DNA of 64,000 nucleotides, taken from assembly GCA_951406725.2 (NCBI GenBank), contig OX597836.1, forward strand, positions 6,696,001 to 6,760,000, in the 5' to 3' direction. The DNA comes from Octopus vulgaris. Its lineage: Eukaryota. Under the pieces are notes generated by a model. The model was not told where the DNA came from. It was given only the letters and a program-made list of their open reading frames with translations, and ran no database searches. This document shows, one piece after another, positions 1-13,143 of the stretch. A program made the position numbers and the translations under genes. Within the stretch, counting starts at the first letter, position 1. Each line of letters begins with the position of its first letter.

Positions 1-130
1 CTTTTACAACCACATGGTTCCGGTTTTAGTCCCACTGCGTGGCACCTGGGGCAAGTATCTTCTACCATAGACTCGGGCTGACCAAAGCCCTGGGAGTGGA
101 TTTAGAAGACAGAAACTGAAAGAAGCCCGT
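1..130 (+). mobile_element. SINE family A, 5' part (cut by window edge)
   Basis: Matches the recurrent body CACATGGTTCCGG..GTCCCACTGCGTGGCACCTTGGGCAAGT..GAAACTGAAAGAAGCCCGT seen many times in the window. Confidence 0.85.
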
Positions 131-146
131 TGTGCACTTATATATT

Positions 147-183
<37 letters not shown>

Positions 184-347
184 GTGTGCGTGTGCGCGCG
201 TGTGTGTGTGCGCGCGTGTCTGTGTGTGTGTGTGTGTGTGTCTATCGATTAATCTATCTATGTATAATTGTTAAACAGGACGTCAAACACTAAGGCATGG
301 CAAGCATCTCAAGTTGTATACAATATTATTACAGGAAGAAGTTCAAA

Positions 348-403
348 ATCTTACAGTTGTTTTCGAGATACCCTCGAGTATGGGATATTCCTTCATCAGA
401 GAC
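348..403 (-). ncRNA. Type I hammerhead ribozyme motif (degenerate)
   Basis: Minus strand GTCT-CTGATGA-..stem II..-GAAAAC-AACT-GTA-AGAT. Confidence 0.65.
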
Positions 404-563
404 AAATTGGGGAGGTTTCTATAACTTTGAAAAGTTGAACCATGAACTTTTATGCCTCTGTTTTTCTTCTCTCATTCCATCTCCTTATTCTTTTACTCCC
501 ATCCTGTATGTTACAATCTTATTGATATATACCATTCTCATTGTCCTCATTTTCCCCCAATAT

Positions 564-619
564 GTCTCTGATGAGGGAATAGCCCATACTCGAGGATATC
601 ACAGAAACAGCTGTAAGAC
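564..619 (+). ncRNA. Type I minimal hammerhead ribozyme motif
   Basis: GTCT-CTGATGA-(imperfect stem II)-GAAAC-AGCT-GTA-AGAC: stem I GTCT/AGAC, palindromic stem III loop, GUA cleavage triplet. Confidence 0.75.
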
Positions 620-890
620 TTTGAATTTCTTCTTGTAATAATATTGTATACGACTCGAGATGTTTGCCTTGCCTTAATGTTTGACGTATGGATTTATATG
701 TGTGTGTGTCTAACTTTCTAACTATTGATCAATCTACCGATTAATCTATCTGTTTATCTATGTTTAATTGTTAAACAATGGCTCCATAACTACCGTCTCG
801 GCTATAACCTTGGAGCCTTAGTAATCCGTTACACCACTTACCTAGCGTACCTAATCGTTTAGATCACCTGTGAACTAAACTCCCATACTT

Positions 891-1065
891 TGTATGTATG
901 TATGTATGTATGTATGTATGTATGTATGTATGTATGTATGTATGTATGTATGTCTGTATGTATGTATGTATGTATATATGTATGTATGTAGGTATCTATC
1001 TATCTATATATCCGTCCGTCTGTCTTCTTGTTTTTCTATTCATTTACCCTCTGTATGTCTATCTG

Positions 1066-1114
<49 letters not shown>

Positions 1115-1115
1115 A

Positions 1116-1162
<47 letters not shown>

Positions 1163-1172
1163 TTATCTATCT
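891..1172. repeat. Compound (TATG)n/(TATC)n microsatellite
   Basis: Direct reading. Confidence 0.95.
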
Positions 1173-1837
1173 ATCAACCTATATAACAAGTTAGTTATTT
1201 ATCTACCTACTTATCATCTATTTATCACAGCTATTTTGGTTTAGCTTTTTCATGCTCACTGCATTTACATATATTAACACTAACTCAACAATTGTTTATC
1301 ATATGGATGAAAAATCAGATTTATGTATCGTCAAAACAATTATCTAAGGACATAGTTTATTTACAGTATACTGAATAACCAAAAAATTTATATCAAGATC
1401 TCCCTATCATACTCTATTGAAGTCTGAAATATGGCTGAATCGGGACAGTAATTCAAAACACAACGTAGATATATTTGAAATATCTCAGGTGGAAGTCTAG
1501 TTAAAAATTTTTGAAAGCCATTAGGAAGAGCAATTAAATAAGTATGGACCTTTGAAAATCAACTTGTTATAACATAATATCCTGACATGGATGAATAGAC
1601 AATAAAGTTTTGACAAGGCTGGAAAATTTGCTGAGAGCGTTTGTTCATTTTTGAAACTCAAAAGTTTGAAGTAAAGATAAAAAGCGGTGAAATCGATTTT
1701 TAACGCTATTTCAAGTGCACCAAGTGCCATAGAACGATACGTAGGACATAAATTACGTACCGGGTTTCCTTTCAATCAAAGAAAAAAACACACAACGTTA
1801 CACACACTCGCACACACGCATATTTACACACACATAT

Positions 1838-1906
<69 letters not shown>

Positions 1907-1916
1907 TACGTATATT

Positions 1917-1962
<46 letters not shown>

Positions 1963-2079
1963 TACATATATACATATACACAAATATATAGATGCATGTA
2001 TTTGTATATATATATATATATACATACACGCATATATACATTTATAAATTATGTATATATGTATGCATGTATGTTTGTA

Positions 2080-2117
<38 letters not shown>

Positions 2118-2402
2118 TTTATACAAATACAGATATATATATAAATATTAGTAAATATATATGTATATGTTAGCATATATATGTATGTATATATGTGTGT
2201 GTGTATACATATATATATATATATACACACACACATATATATACCACATACAACGGTTAAGTATTAAGTATATAAATCACTATAAATAATGTATTTATTC
2301 TATTTATTGCTTGTAAAGAGAAGAAAAGAGAACTGAAAATAGCTCCGTACAATTTGGTGAACGATTAAATATTTCACACACGCACACACAGAAACACACA
2401 CA

Positions 2403-2454
<52 letters not shown>

Positions 2455-2626
2455 TACACATATCTATCTATCTATGCAAGTATGTATCCATGTATGTATG
2501 TATGTATGCATGCTTGCATGTATGTATGTATGTATGTATGTATGTATGTATGTATGTATGTATCTATCTATCTATCTATGTATGCATGTGTGTATGTATG
2601 TATGTGTGTGTATGTATGTATGTATG

Positions 2627-2665
<39 letters not shown>

Positions 2666-2680
2666 ATATCTATCTATCTA

Positions 2681-2742
<62 letters not shown>

Positions 2743-2986
2743 AAGCCTCTTTTTTTTCTGTGGAGGGCTTATATGCCCTGCTATTGGACTATATTACTCA
2801 GTCATCGCACGGTGATCGTCATAAGCATATGGTTATATGGTTAGATTTTTGTACAACCAGGTTTACGGTGATATTCATGTTATATTCTCTATAACTGATA
2901 TGCAGTTATTTGACGTAAATGTGTGATTGTGGGTATATATGCATGTGTGTGTTTGTAATTGGATAAGTAGTATCAACTGTACACAG

Positions 2987-3032
<46 letters not shown>

Positions 3033-3260
3033 ATACTCGCACACACGCGCGCTCACACACACACACAACGTGCAGAGTTAGAGAGATATATAGATTGATA
3101 GATAGATAAACAGGACAAAAAGACACACACACATACACACACACACAGACAGGCAGACAGATGGATATATGTAAAAATATATACATACGTACATATATAT
3201 ATACAGATAGACAGAGAGAGAGAGAGAGAGAAGGATAGATAGACAGATAGATAGATAGAT

Positions 3261-3377
3261 ATGTTTCTTTATTAGCCACACAGGGCTGCACACAGACAGG
3301 ACAAATTACAAGGTAGAGCTTTTCTTTTGGGGGTAAAAAAAAAGGGGGTTGGTTTTCGATCAAAAGGGATCGTAAAA
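3261..3377 (-). mobile_element. 3' end of a non-LTR retroelement (L1/Tx1-like) followed by (TATC)n
   Basis: Minus strand ...CTCTACCTTGTAATTTGTCC..CAGCCCTGTGTGGCTAATAAAGAAACAT then (TATC)n; second copy at 35433-35556; clade assignment is inference. Confidence 0.6.
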
Positions 3378-3639
3378 GGAAAGAAAGAGGACAAAAAAAG
3401 GGGAGGATTTTTAAAAAGGGGGGGGGGAAGAAAAGGGGAGAGGAAAAAAAAGTTAGATAGTGACACTAAGAAAGAGAAAGAGAAAGTCCCGTGTCTATGC
3501 GTGTGTTTACTGTACAGTAATTAAAACTAAACTCCAATGTTCTCCAACTTATACTCATTTGGGATCATCATATTGACAAGGAATATCGACAGCAGATGGA
3601 ATGGCGGGAAGTAAAGGCTACAAAAGCAAGTGCTCTCGC

Positions 3640-3848
3640 ACACGCACACACACACTCACACACACGCACACAGAAGTGACTCCCTCTCTCTCCTCTCATG
3701 CACACACTCTCTCTCTCTCTCTTTAACACACACACATACGCACACACACGCACACACACACTCACACACACACGCACACAGAAGTGACTCCTTCTCTCTC
3801 CTCTCATGCACACACTCTCTCTCTGTCTCTTTAACACACACACACGCA
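3640..3848. repeat. Tandem duplication (~110 bp unit) of a CA/CT-rich segment
   Basis: CACAGAAGTGACTCC..CCTCTCATGCACACACTCTC..TTTAACAC occurs twice in tandem. Confidence 0.85.
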
Positions 3849-3949
3849 CAACTAGTTCTCGTACACATGCATATATTTATATCACTAGCTACGTATGTAT
3901 CCCTCTAGTTCTCTATATATGTGTGTGTGTGTGTTTATTTTGAACCGGC

Positions 3950-4034
3950 TTCTGCTGATGAGAGCGTGGACGGCCTGACAGTCGATGCTGGACTGGATTT
4001 CTGGGGAGATCTTTCGAAATATATTTTACAAGAA
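3950..4034 (+). ncRNA. Degenerate hammerhead-like motif with long stem II insert
   Basis: TTCTG-CTGATGA-GAG...CTTTC-GAAA-TATATT-TTA-CAAGAA; stems imperfect. Confidence 0.35.
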
Positions 4035-4210
4035 TTTGTTATACCACATAACCAGAGTTATCCATGAATCAACCGGGGAACTTTCGCCATATATACTTAT
4101 ACATGTGTAAGCTTATATTTTTATACACATACATATATATGCATACATATGTTTAAATGTATGTACATCCATACATATACATGTGTGTGTCTACATTATA
4201 TGCATCTATA

Positions 4211-4271
<61 letters not shown>

Positions 4272-4306
4272 AGTTGGTTTGTGAAAGCACGTGGTTGAAT
4301 ATATAG

Positions 4307-4536
4307 AAAATAGTAAAAAGTGAAAAAACTACAGAAGGCTTGTTTTAAAAGGTTAAAGAATATATATTTAAGTCAATATGTCTGAAGAAATTTGAAAAGC
4401 TAAACGCGAAACCGGTCTTTCTTCTAAACTATGTCATTGTAAGAAAAACATTTATAATATTCTTCAGACATATTGACTTAAATATATATTCTTTAACCTT
4501 TTAAAACAAGCCTTCTGTAGTTTTTTCACTTTTTAC

Positions 4537-4542
<6 letters not shown>
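4307..4542. repeat. Perfect ~83-bp inverted repeat between (TA)n tracts; spacer has HHR remnants
   Basis: 4307-4389 is the reverse complement of 4460-4542; CTGAAGA at 4382 and CGAAACCGGTC at 4407. Confidence 0.9.
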
Positions 4543-4597
<55 letters not shown>

Positions 4598-4992
4598 TAT
4601 GTATGTATGAATATACGTAAGTGTCGAGCGATGAAATGAGTGCTCAACACAGAATCACACACACACACACATATATATGTATACATGAAATATATGTGCG
4701 TATAGATATGTATAATATATATATATATATGCATACGACGCACATGTATATGTTTATATATGTATATATATATGTGTGTGTGTGTGCATGTGTGGGTGAG
4801 AGGTCTGGTGTGTGTATGCACAAAAGATGTGTGCCATGTAGCTAGCTAGATAGATCTCTGTGTATCTATATTACATTATGTAAACTAGAAGAAAGCATAT
4901 AATTAAAATTAAAAGAAAATTATTAAAAATTCAGGAATTTGCGACTATTGGTCGGACCAATATATATATGATTGATTGATTGATTGATTGAT

Positions 4993-5120
4993 TCTAGTTT
5001 CAGCCCATGAGCTGTGGCCATGCTGGGGCACCGCCATTTGGTGTTGCTACTTGGTTTCACTTCACGAAAGCTTTCTAGCAACTGCCATTTGGTGCATGAG
5101 AGAGTTCGATGCAGCTGCCC
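4993..5120 (-). mobile_element. LINE-like 3' end with (AATC)n tail, sharing its terminus with SINE family A
   Basis: Minus strand GGCGGTGCCCCAGCATGGCCACAGCTCATGGGCTGAAACTAGAATCAATC versus family A tail GGCGGTGCTCCAGCATGGCCGCAGTCAAATGACTGAAAC. Confidence 0.6.
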
Positions 5121-5173
5121 TTATATATACAAATATATTAACAGACACACATTTATATAGATATATGTATATA

Positions 5174-5238
<65 letters not shown>

Positions 5239-5294
5239 TATACATACATATATATGTATATATATATACATATATATAAACAAACACACATTTA

Positions 5295-5374
<80 letters not shown>

Positions 5375-5559
5375 CACACACACACACATATATATGTAAG
5401 ATTGTGGCTATGCTGCGGCACCGTCAATATGTGTCTATGTATGTGTATATAAATATATATATATGAATTTATGTCTGCATAGACATACATTTATATATAT
5501 GTATATATCCTTGCATATATATATATGTATGAATGTATGCACACACACACACACACACA

Positions 5560-5712
5560 CACATACAGAAACACACACACACACACACACATACACACAC
5601 ACACACACACCAGCACACACACACAAACATGTACACATACAGAAACACACACACACACACATACACACACACACACACACACCAGCACACACACACAAAC
5701 ATGTACACACAC
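5560..5712. repeat. Tandem duplication (~75 bp) inside a (CA)n tract
   Basis: CATACAGAAAC..CCAGCAC..AAACATGTACAC repeated twice. Confidence 0.85.
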
Positions 5713-6026
5713 ATATATATATATCTAATGTGTCTGTGAATGATGTTATTTAACTTTAGAGCCTCGAATGCGGAAATGAAAGGTGAAAGAATTTGCTCCG
5801 GTGATACACCACCAGATACACTCTTTTAAACATTCTGGATTGTTAGTAGGTGATGGTCACAACAGGATCTTTCTTGATCGTAGTTCTTTTAGCTCATGAT
5901 CTACTTGAGTCTAAAACCTATTCGATATATAAATTTATCAAACAGAATCCTCTGTATATAAATAAATGTCTATATACTTATACACGAGAGTTTATCTTAG
6001 TATTTTCAGGTTTTGTTTCTTTCTCT

Positions 6027-6144
<118 letters not shown>

Positions 6145-6305
6145 CCCTATTTACATATTTACATTTATATGTATGCTTATGTATGTGTATATGAATATAT
6201 ATGAATATGTGTGTATATTTTATATATGAAACCCAAACATGTTATTCACATCACTAATTCTCTTTCTCTCACTCGTTCTCTCTTTCTCACTCTCCCTTCT
6301 TTCTG

Positions 6306-6344
<39 letters not shown>

Positions 6345-6695
6345 AATTAAGAAGGAGAGAAGACAAATTCAAAGGTCGATGTATATATTCATTCAATCCA
6401 TATAAACGAAATTCTCCATGGTATACAATATACATACGTAGATGCATTCATCTATATGATAGCGTCTCCTTTAATTGATTAACGAATATCTTACGAAGTA
6501 CCTGCCTGAATAGGTGAGAGTGCATTTCTTCTCTCAGCTGGATCTTATTACCTGCACACAATGCAAGAATACCTTGTGGCCGGCACTTGTGCACCGGGTA
6601 TAATAGTCACTGAATATAGATAGGTGCGTATGTTACTCAGACCTAACAAGGTGCCTCAATTTGATTACCTAATTCAACCGAATCATAATTGTATC

Positions 6696-6727
<32 letters not shown>

Positions 6728-6830
6728 GTATAGGCATAACATATAATTACCAACCAAGTGCTACTAACGTTTGTAGCCCCAGGAAGACATCACTTCCAGC
6801 TGACTAACGACACACATTCTGTGTCTGATG

Positions 6831-6885
<55 letters not shown>

Positions 6886-6992
6886 TCAATTAAATAGAGT
6901 CGCATGAAACGATCGTACTGCATTACATTTGGATATCCTTGTTGCTTATTTTTTTTTATATATATATATATACATATATATCTATCTATCTA

Positions 6993-7061
<69 letters not shown>

Positions 7062-7099
7062 GAATTATATATTATATGAATGTATATTATATATAAAAA

Positions 7100-7403
7100 G
7101 TGGCACTCTGTCGGTTACGACGACGAGTATTCCAGTTGATCCGATCAGCTTGCTTGTGAAATTAACATGCAAGTGGCTGAGCACTCCACAGGCATGTATA
7201 CCCTTAACGTAGTTCTCCATGGAGATTCAGCGTGACACAGAATGTGACAAGGCTTGCCCTTTTGAAATACGGGTACAACTCATTTTTGCCAGCTGAGCAG
7301 ACTGGAGCAACGAGAAATGAAGAGTCTTGCTCAAGGACACAACATGTTACCGGGAATTGAACCTGTGCCAAATACCCTAACCACTAAAACCACGCGCCTT
7401 CAC
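7100..7403 (-). mobile_element. tRNA-headed SINE family D (tail type 1)
   Basis: Head GTGAAGGCGCGTGGTTTTAGTGGTTAGGG..GGTTCAATTCC, then CTTGAGCAAGACTCTTCATTTC shared with other D copies. Confidence 0.75.
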
Positions 7404-7546
7404 ATATATCTATATCTAACACACACACACACGCATACGTACATACATACATACATATTTACATACTTTCATACATACACATACGTCTACATACACATCT
7501 ATATGTATGTGTGTATGTATATGTTTATATCTATCTATCTATCTAT

Positions 7547-7618
<72 letters not shown>

Positions 7619-7620
<2 letters not shown>

Positions 7621-7776
7621 GACGGGCTGCTCTCATTTTCCTTCTACTAAATCCACTCACAAGGCTTTGGTCGACCCGAGGCTATAGAAGAAGACACTCG
7701 CCAATGTGCCACGCAGTGGGACTGAAACGGGAACCATGTGGTTGGGAAGCAAGCTTCTCACCACACAGCCACTCCT
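7619..7776 (-). mobile_element. SINE family A, 5' half
   Basis: Reverse complement of the family A head and body. Confidence 0.85.
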
Positions 7777-7780
7777 TCGC

Positions 7781-7833
<53 letters not shown>

Positions 7834-7839
7834 ATACAC

Positions 7840-7898
<59 letters not shown>

Positions 7899-8442
7899 GA
7901 GAGAGAGACACACACGCACATACATATATATGTTCAGGTGTCTGATTTTGTATACGTGCATACACGAACGTAACATCTATGCGTAGTGCATTTATGTATG
8001 TATGTATATCTGCGGCATCTAAAGGCGCGTACATGTGCGGGAGCGCGTATGCGTGCTCTTCTAGGTATATCTGTGTCTGCGACACAAACTGGATGGGTAT
8101 ACAGAGTGTAATGACAAATGCTTCTGATCTCGATTCCGTTTCCATCATTGATGGCAATAAAATATAATTAATCCAAGATGAAAGGCAGCAGACGAGAGTC
8201 GAGAGTCGAGAGTGAGGCTGGTGTGAAGCGTGCCGTGTGCAAATGTTGCCGGTGACCGTGAAGTGGTTCTGAGTGGAGTACATCCCTGTGCACTATAGCA
8301 GTAGTCATGTGATGGCCAGATTGATGGAGACGCTTCCATTTGCATTTACATTCTTCCGATATTGTTTAACCCATCATTATTTTCCCCAAACACACACACA
8401 CACACATATATACGCGCGTGAATATATGCATATATATATATA

Positions 8443-8495
<53 letters not shown>

Positions 8496-8969
8496 ACACA
8501 CACACACACACACATACATACATATATATATATATTACTTATTAGTAATTTCTTTGAGTGGCTCTAACCAGTCTGCAAAATCATATACATTATATATATC
8601 CATGTATATAACTATACATTTATTGGTATATACATATATTTATATATATATGCATATTTATAAATATATATATACATATATTTACATACATACGTACATA
8701 TACATTAATGAATGTATATATGTTTGTGTATGTATATACATAAATATATCTATGTATATATATTTACATTTATATATATATATATATACATACCTATATA
8801 TGTACATTTACATAAATACACATACATATATATGTGTGTGTGTGTGTGTGTATACATATAGATGCAAATATATATACACATATATTTATAAACATATACA
8901 TATATTTATAAATATATATATATATTTATATATATATGTGTGTGTGTGTGTATATATGTATATGTATAC

Positions 8970-9028
<59 letters not shown>

Positions 9029-9617
9029 CGCATGCACAAAGACGTACACACATATATATGGATGTATATCTCTATATATAAATATAAATATATATATATA
9101 TATCCATAAATGTTTGCCATTGTGTTTATACAGGAAATACCAAAAGTGCAAAAACTGCTCGTGCAAGCAAGACACGGTGTTGTCTGTTGATATATAATGA
9201 AAGCAAAGGCGTTCCAGACGGGACGATCGCGTCTTTTTTTTTTTTTTCATTTATTAAATATGGTCTCTGTAGAATTGCGTTGTCTTTATTTTCATTTTTT
9301 AATTTTAAAAATGTTTTCTGCCTAAATATTACTTTCTCTGGTGGAAACGAATCATTTAAGTGATATTTGACTCCAGTTTTTAGCACGACAAATGGCTCAG
9401 AGGCAGTTTAATGGCTTTAACTCTTGTACATACACACACACATACACACACACACTCTCTCTCTCTCTTTGTCTCTCTCTCTCTCATATATTTATATAAG
9501 CATCTACACGTACCTCTATACGAATAGCATATATAAATGCATATATGTAAATATATAGATATGTATATATATATAATGTGCATATATGTATATATGCATG
9601 TGTGTATATATATATGT

Positions 9618-9657
<40 letters not shown>

Positions 9658-9741
9658 ATAATTTTGCATATATATATGCATACACACACACAAAAACTAA
9701 TATAGAAAGAGTGACACCAAACAGATGGACAGACAGATAGA

Positions 9742-9774
<33 letters not shown>

Positions 9775-9863
9775 TGACAGACAGACAGACAGACAGAATT
9801 ATTAGCATTATTATAATTATCGTTGTTGTTGTTGTTGTTGTTGTCATTCTTGTTATTATTGTG

Positions 9864-9978
9864 AAAGTGGTGAGCCAGAAAGTCGTTAGAGCGTCGCACG
9901 AAATACTTAGCAGTATTTCCACCGAAATTTTAACGTTCTGAGATCAAATCGAGGTAGGGTCCACTTTGCCTTTCATAA
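9864..9978 (+). mobile_element. SINE family B (Meta-domain-like), degenerate
   Basis: GGTGAGCCAGAAAGTCGTTAG..GTTCTGAGATCAAAT..ACTTTGCCTTTCAT. Confidence 0.6.
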
Positions 9979-10148
9979 TTCTAAGGGGCCATAAAAGAGG
10001 TATACAAACATGTCAAATCATAAATATATAATACATTCTTTATACATATATATCCGCATATGTATTTATATATTCTATGTGCATATACATATATACAAAC
10101 ATACATATGTATATACACACACACACGCACGCACACACACACACACAT

Positions 10149-10185
<37 letters not shown>

Positions 10186-10235
10186 AGTGACAGTATTAAT
10201 AAAATAGAAGATAGAATGTGAGACTTTTTATTGAT

Positions 10236-10277
10236 GTACTTGAAGAGACCCAGAAAGGGTCGAAACATGTGTTGTAC
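10236..10277 (+). ncRNA. Type I minimal hammerhead ribozyme motif
   Basis: GTAC-TTGAAGA-GACCC-AGAAA-GGGTC-GAAAC-ATGT-GTT-GTAC; perfect 5-bp stem II; stem I extendable by AGACTTTTTATTG/CAATAAAGTCT. Confidence 0.8.
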
Positions 10278-10309
10278 CCAATAAAGTCTATTACACATTC
10301 CTATGATAT

Positions 10310-10392
10310 ATACGAGTATGTCTAGATATGCACCTATACTCATGAGAATACATACATAAAATATACAAATCTGCACATACATACATACATAC
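10310..10392 (+). mobile_element. Isolated 3' UTR of the RLE LINE seen at 39.6 kb, ending in (CATA)n
   Basis: GAGTATGTCTAGATATGCACCTATA..CATGAGAATAC..ATACAAATCTGCA matches 39835-39900. Confidence 0.75.
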
Positions 10393-10413
10393 AAATATAT
10401 ATATATATGTATG

Positions 10414-10501
<88 letters not shown>

Positions 10502-10504
<3 letters not shown>

Positions 10505-10751
10505 GCGCAATGGCCAAGTGGTTAGGGCAGCGGACTCGCGGTCGCAGGATCGCGGTTTCGATTCCCAGACCGGGCTCCGGCAGGGGGTGGTGATCCCTGC
10601 TGTACTCTTTCACCACTCTTTCTCCCACTCTTTCTTCTGTTGGCCTGCCCGCTTAGCCAGCGGGGTGGCGTCATTCGAAGGCTAAAACAATGCGAACACA
10701 TTGTGACCAGCGATGTGTAACAACATCTGATGGTCTGGTCGGTCACGTGAT

Positions 10752-10760
<9 letters not shown>
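10502..10760 (+). mobile_element. tRNA-headed SINE family C (tail type 1, internal deletion)
   Basis: GAGGCGCAATGGCCAAGTGGTTAGGGCAGCGGACTCGCGG..GGTTTCGATTCCC with A and B boxes; same head at 30410(-) and 44279(+). Confidence 0.85.
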
Positions 10761-10804
<44 letters not shown>

Positions 10805-10811
10805 TATATGT

Positions 10812-11151
10812 GTAGTGAGAAGCTTGCTTCCCAACCACATGGTTCCAGGTTCAGTCCCACTGCGTGGCACCTTGAGCAAGTGTCTTCTTCAGTAGCCTCA
10901 GGCTAACCAAAGCCTTGTAAGTAGATTTGGTAGACGGAAACTGAAAGAAGCCTGTCGTATATATATCTTTATCTATATGTATATATTTGTGTCTCTGTTT
11001 GTCGCACCACCGTCGCTCCACAGCCGATATTGGTGTGTTTACGTCCCCGTAACTTAGCTGTTCGGCAAAATAAACCGATGGAATAAGTACTAAGCTTACA
11101 AAGTTTGTCCTGTGGTTGATTTGTTTCGACTAAAGGCGGTGCTCCAGCATG
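10812..11151 (+). mobile_element. SINE family A, near full length
   Basis: Body, internal TA-rich spacer and tail through GGCGGTGCTCCAGCATGG. Confidence 0.9.
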
Positions 11152-11278
11152 GATGCATATCGTTATTCAGTTTATTTCAAGATTCCTTACCAAAAGAGAA
11201 AGAACCGACTTCTAACTTAGTATATAGACAAAAACACATATCAATATCTATAGATATCTATACACACACGTACACACA

Positions 11279-11334
<56 letters not shown>

Positions 11335-11500
11335 TCATTGATATCATGTTGTGAAGATCATATCTATGAGTTTTCAGTAGAAATGTAGCAGTAGGGGGCA
11401 TGCGAGTATATGCGAGTATATATACATATATATACATACATAGATACACAAATAGATACATATATATACATACATACATACATCCATACATACATACATA

Positions 11501-11560
<60 letters not shown>

Positions 11561-11894
11561 GTATGTATGTATGTTTGTATGTATGTATGTATGTATGTAT
11601 GTATGTATGTATGTATGTATGTATGTGTGTATACACACACAAACACATTTTGTGTTGTATAAATGCCGGTAAATAATCCATGTCTACGCTCTAATTGTCC
11701 GATGGTTGCCACCTGTTGGATCAGAACTAATTACGTCATGCTTCATAGCTTTTCAAAAGCGTCACGGTGTTTGAACCTGGGTTGGTATATGCGTGAGCTA
11801 GCGTGTTAGCATATGTACGCATCTGTGTATATATATATATATATTTACATACCAACAGCTTCGTATCAGCTAATGATTGCGCATCATCTATATT

Positions 11895-11992
<98 letters not shown>

Positions 11993-12237
11993 TGTATGTA
12001 TGTATGCATGTATATATATATATATATATATATACACGCACATACACATACCAAAATGTGCAAATAAGTAATAGTCTGTATATATATATATATATAAAAA
12101 ATACAAAAACGGGACAAGAACGCAAAACATCCAGAGAGACTATACAAAGAAAACATAGACAGATCATTCGGAGTTTTCTTTCCTCAGTCGAGTTCCAGAT
12201 TATATTTGCAATTTCGGCTGGTTATGCTCATATATGT

Positions 12238-12276
<39 letters not shown>

Positions 12277-12309
12277 GATAGAAATATATTCGTATGCGTA
12301 AATATTCAT

Positions 12310-12392
<83 letters not shown>

Positions 12393-12419
12393 TATATATA
12401 TATATGTATATATATAATT

Positions 12420-12615
12420 GTAGCGTGGAAGGTGTTTACATGCCATTTAAAAACACACAAAAACCGTTAGATTCACTCGAACGTTTAACTTTAATTTGCC
12501 AAAATATTTTCGTTGCTTTGAAACCGCGATCTGATCGCTGACAAAATTCCGTGCTGCATCACGGAATTTTGTCAGCGATCAGATCGCGGGTTCAAAACGA
12601 CGAAAATATGTTGGC
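12420..12615. mobile_element. Repeat family copy ending in a ~55-bp-arm palindrome; each arm is a variant HHR-like motif
   Basis: Homologous to 14361-14490; arms 12499-12553 and 12560-12614 around loop CTGCAT. Confidence 0.8.
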
Positions 12616-12894
12616 CACGATCTCAGATCAGGTCACTTGCCATGCAAGTACATCTCTGTAATATATATATGTGCAGTATGCATGTATAAAAACATTTATG
12701 CTCACGTAAGCCCTCACGCGCGTATTGATCCATTTCTCATTGTCTTTGTCTAACTCATGATTTACGAATAATATTTGTTGCATGAAAATTGACATTACTG
12801 TAACATCCTGTCTAGGACCGGCATTGCCTCTTCTGTTCTATTTGTCTATATGCATACGCATGCACATAAACACATAAAATATAATGTACCACAA

Positions 12895-12942
<48 letters not shown>

Positions 12943-13099
12943 CGTATAGATTTTCAAATACAAAATGGCTGACAACTTGCATCATGCTTGAAATTCAAGA
13001 GTACAAATGAATGTGAATCAAACTGTTTTGATCCATACATGTAACACCCAATAAATTGATTGAGTACCCTTCTTTCGTTTGTCCCCTCACTCTTGTGTG

Positions 13100-13143
<44 letters not shown>

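Larger units (their letters stand above)
280..687. repeat. Inverted duplication of a Penelope-like pseudo-LTR segment (arms ~280-412 and ~555-687)
   Basis: Arms are diverged reverse complements (ACGTCAAACACTAAGGCA... / ...TGCCTTAATGTTTGACGT) and each carries an HHR motif. Confidence 0.8.

Noticed and set aside
1390-1775. F-box-like LTRLPPEIF and hAT-like NFPALSKL peptides on the minus strand
   Set aside because: Short, in different frames and interrupted by stops; possibly a very old LINE remnant but not assignable
8100-8390. Possible exon in a unique GC-balanced island
   Set aside because: No recognisable protein and no convincing splice-site pair; could be non-coding conserved DNA but is unsupported
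10502-10570. Functional tRNA genes in SINE heads (also 28655, 41120, 54001, 56862)
   Set aside because: A and B boxes are present but acceptor stems do not pair and they continue into repeat bodies
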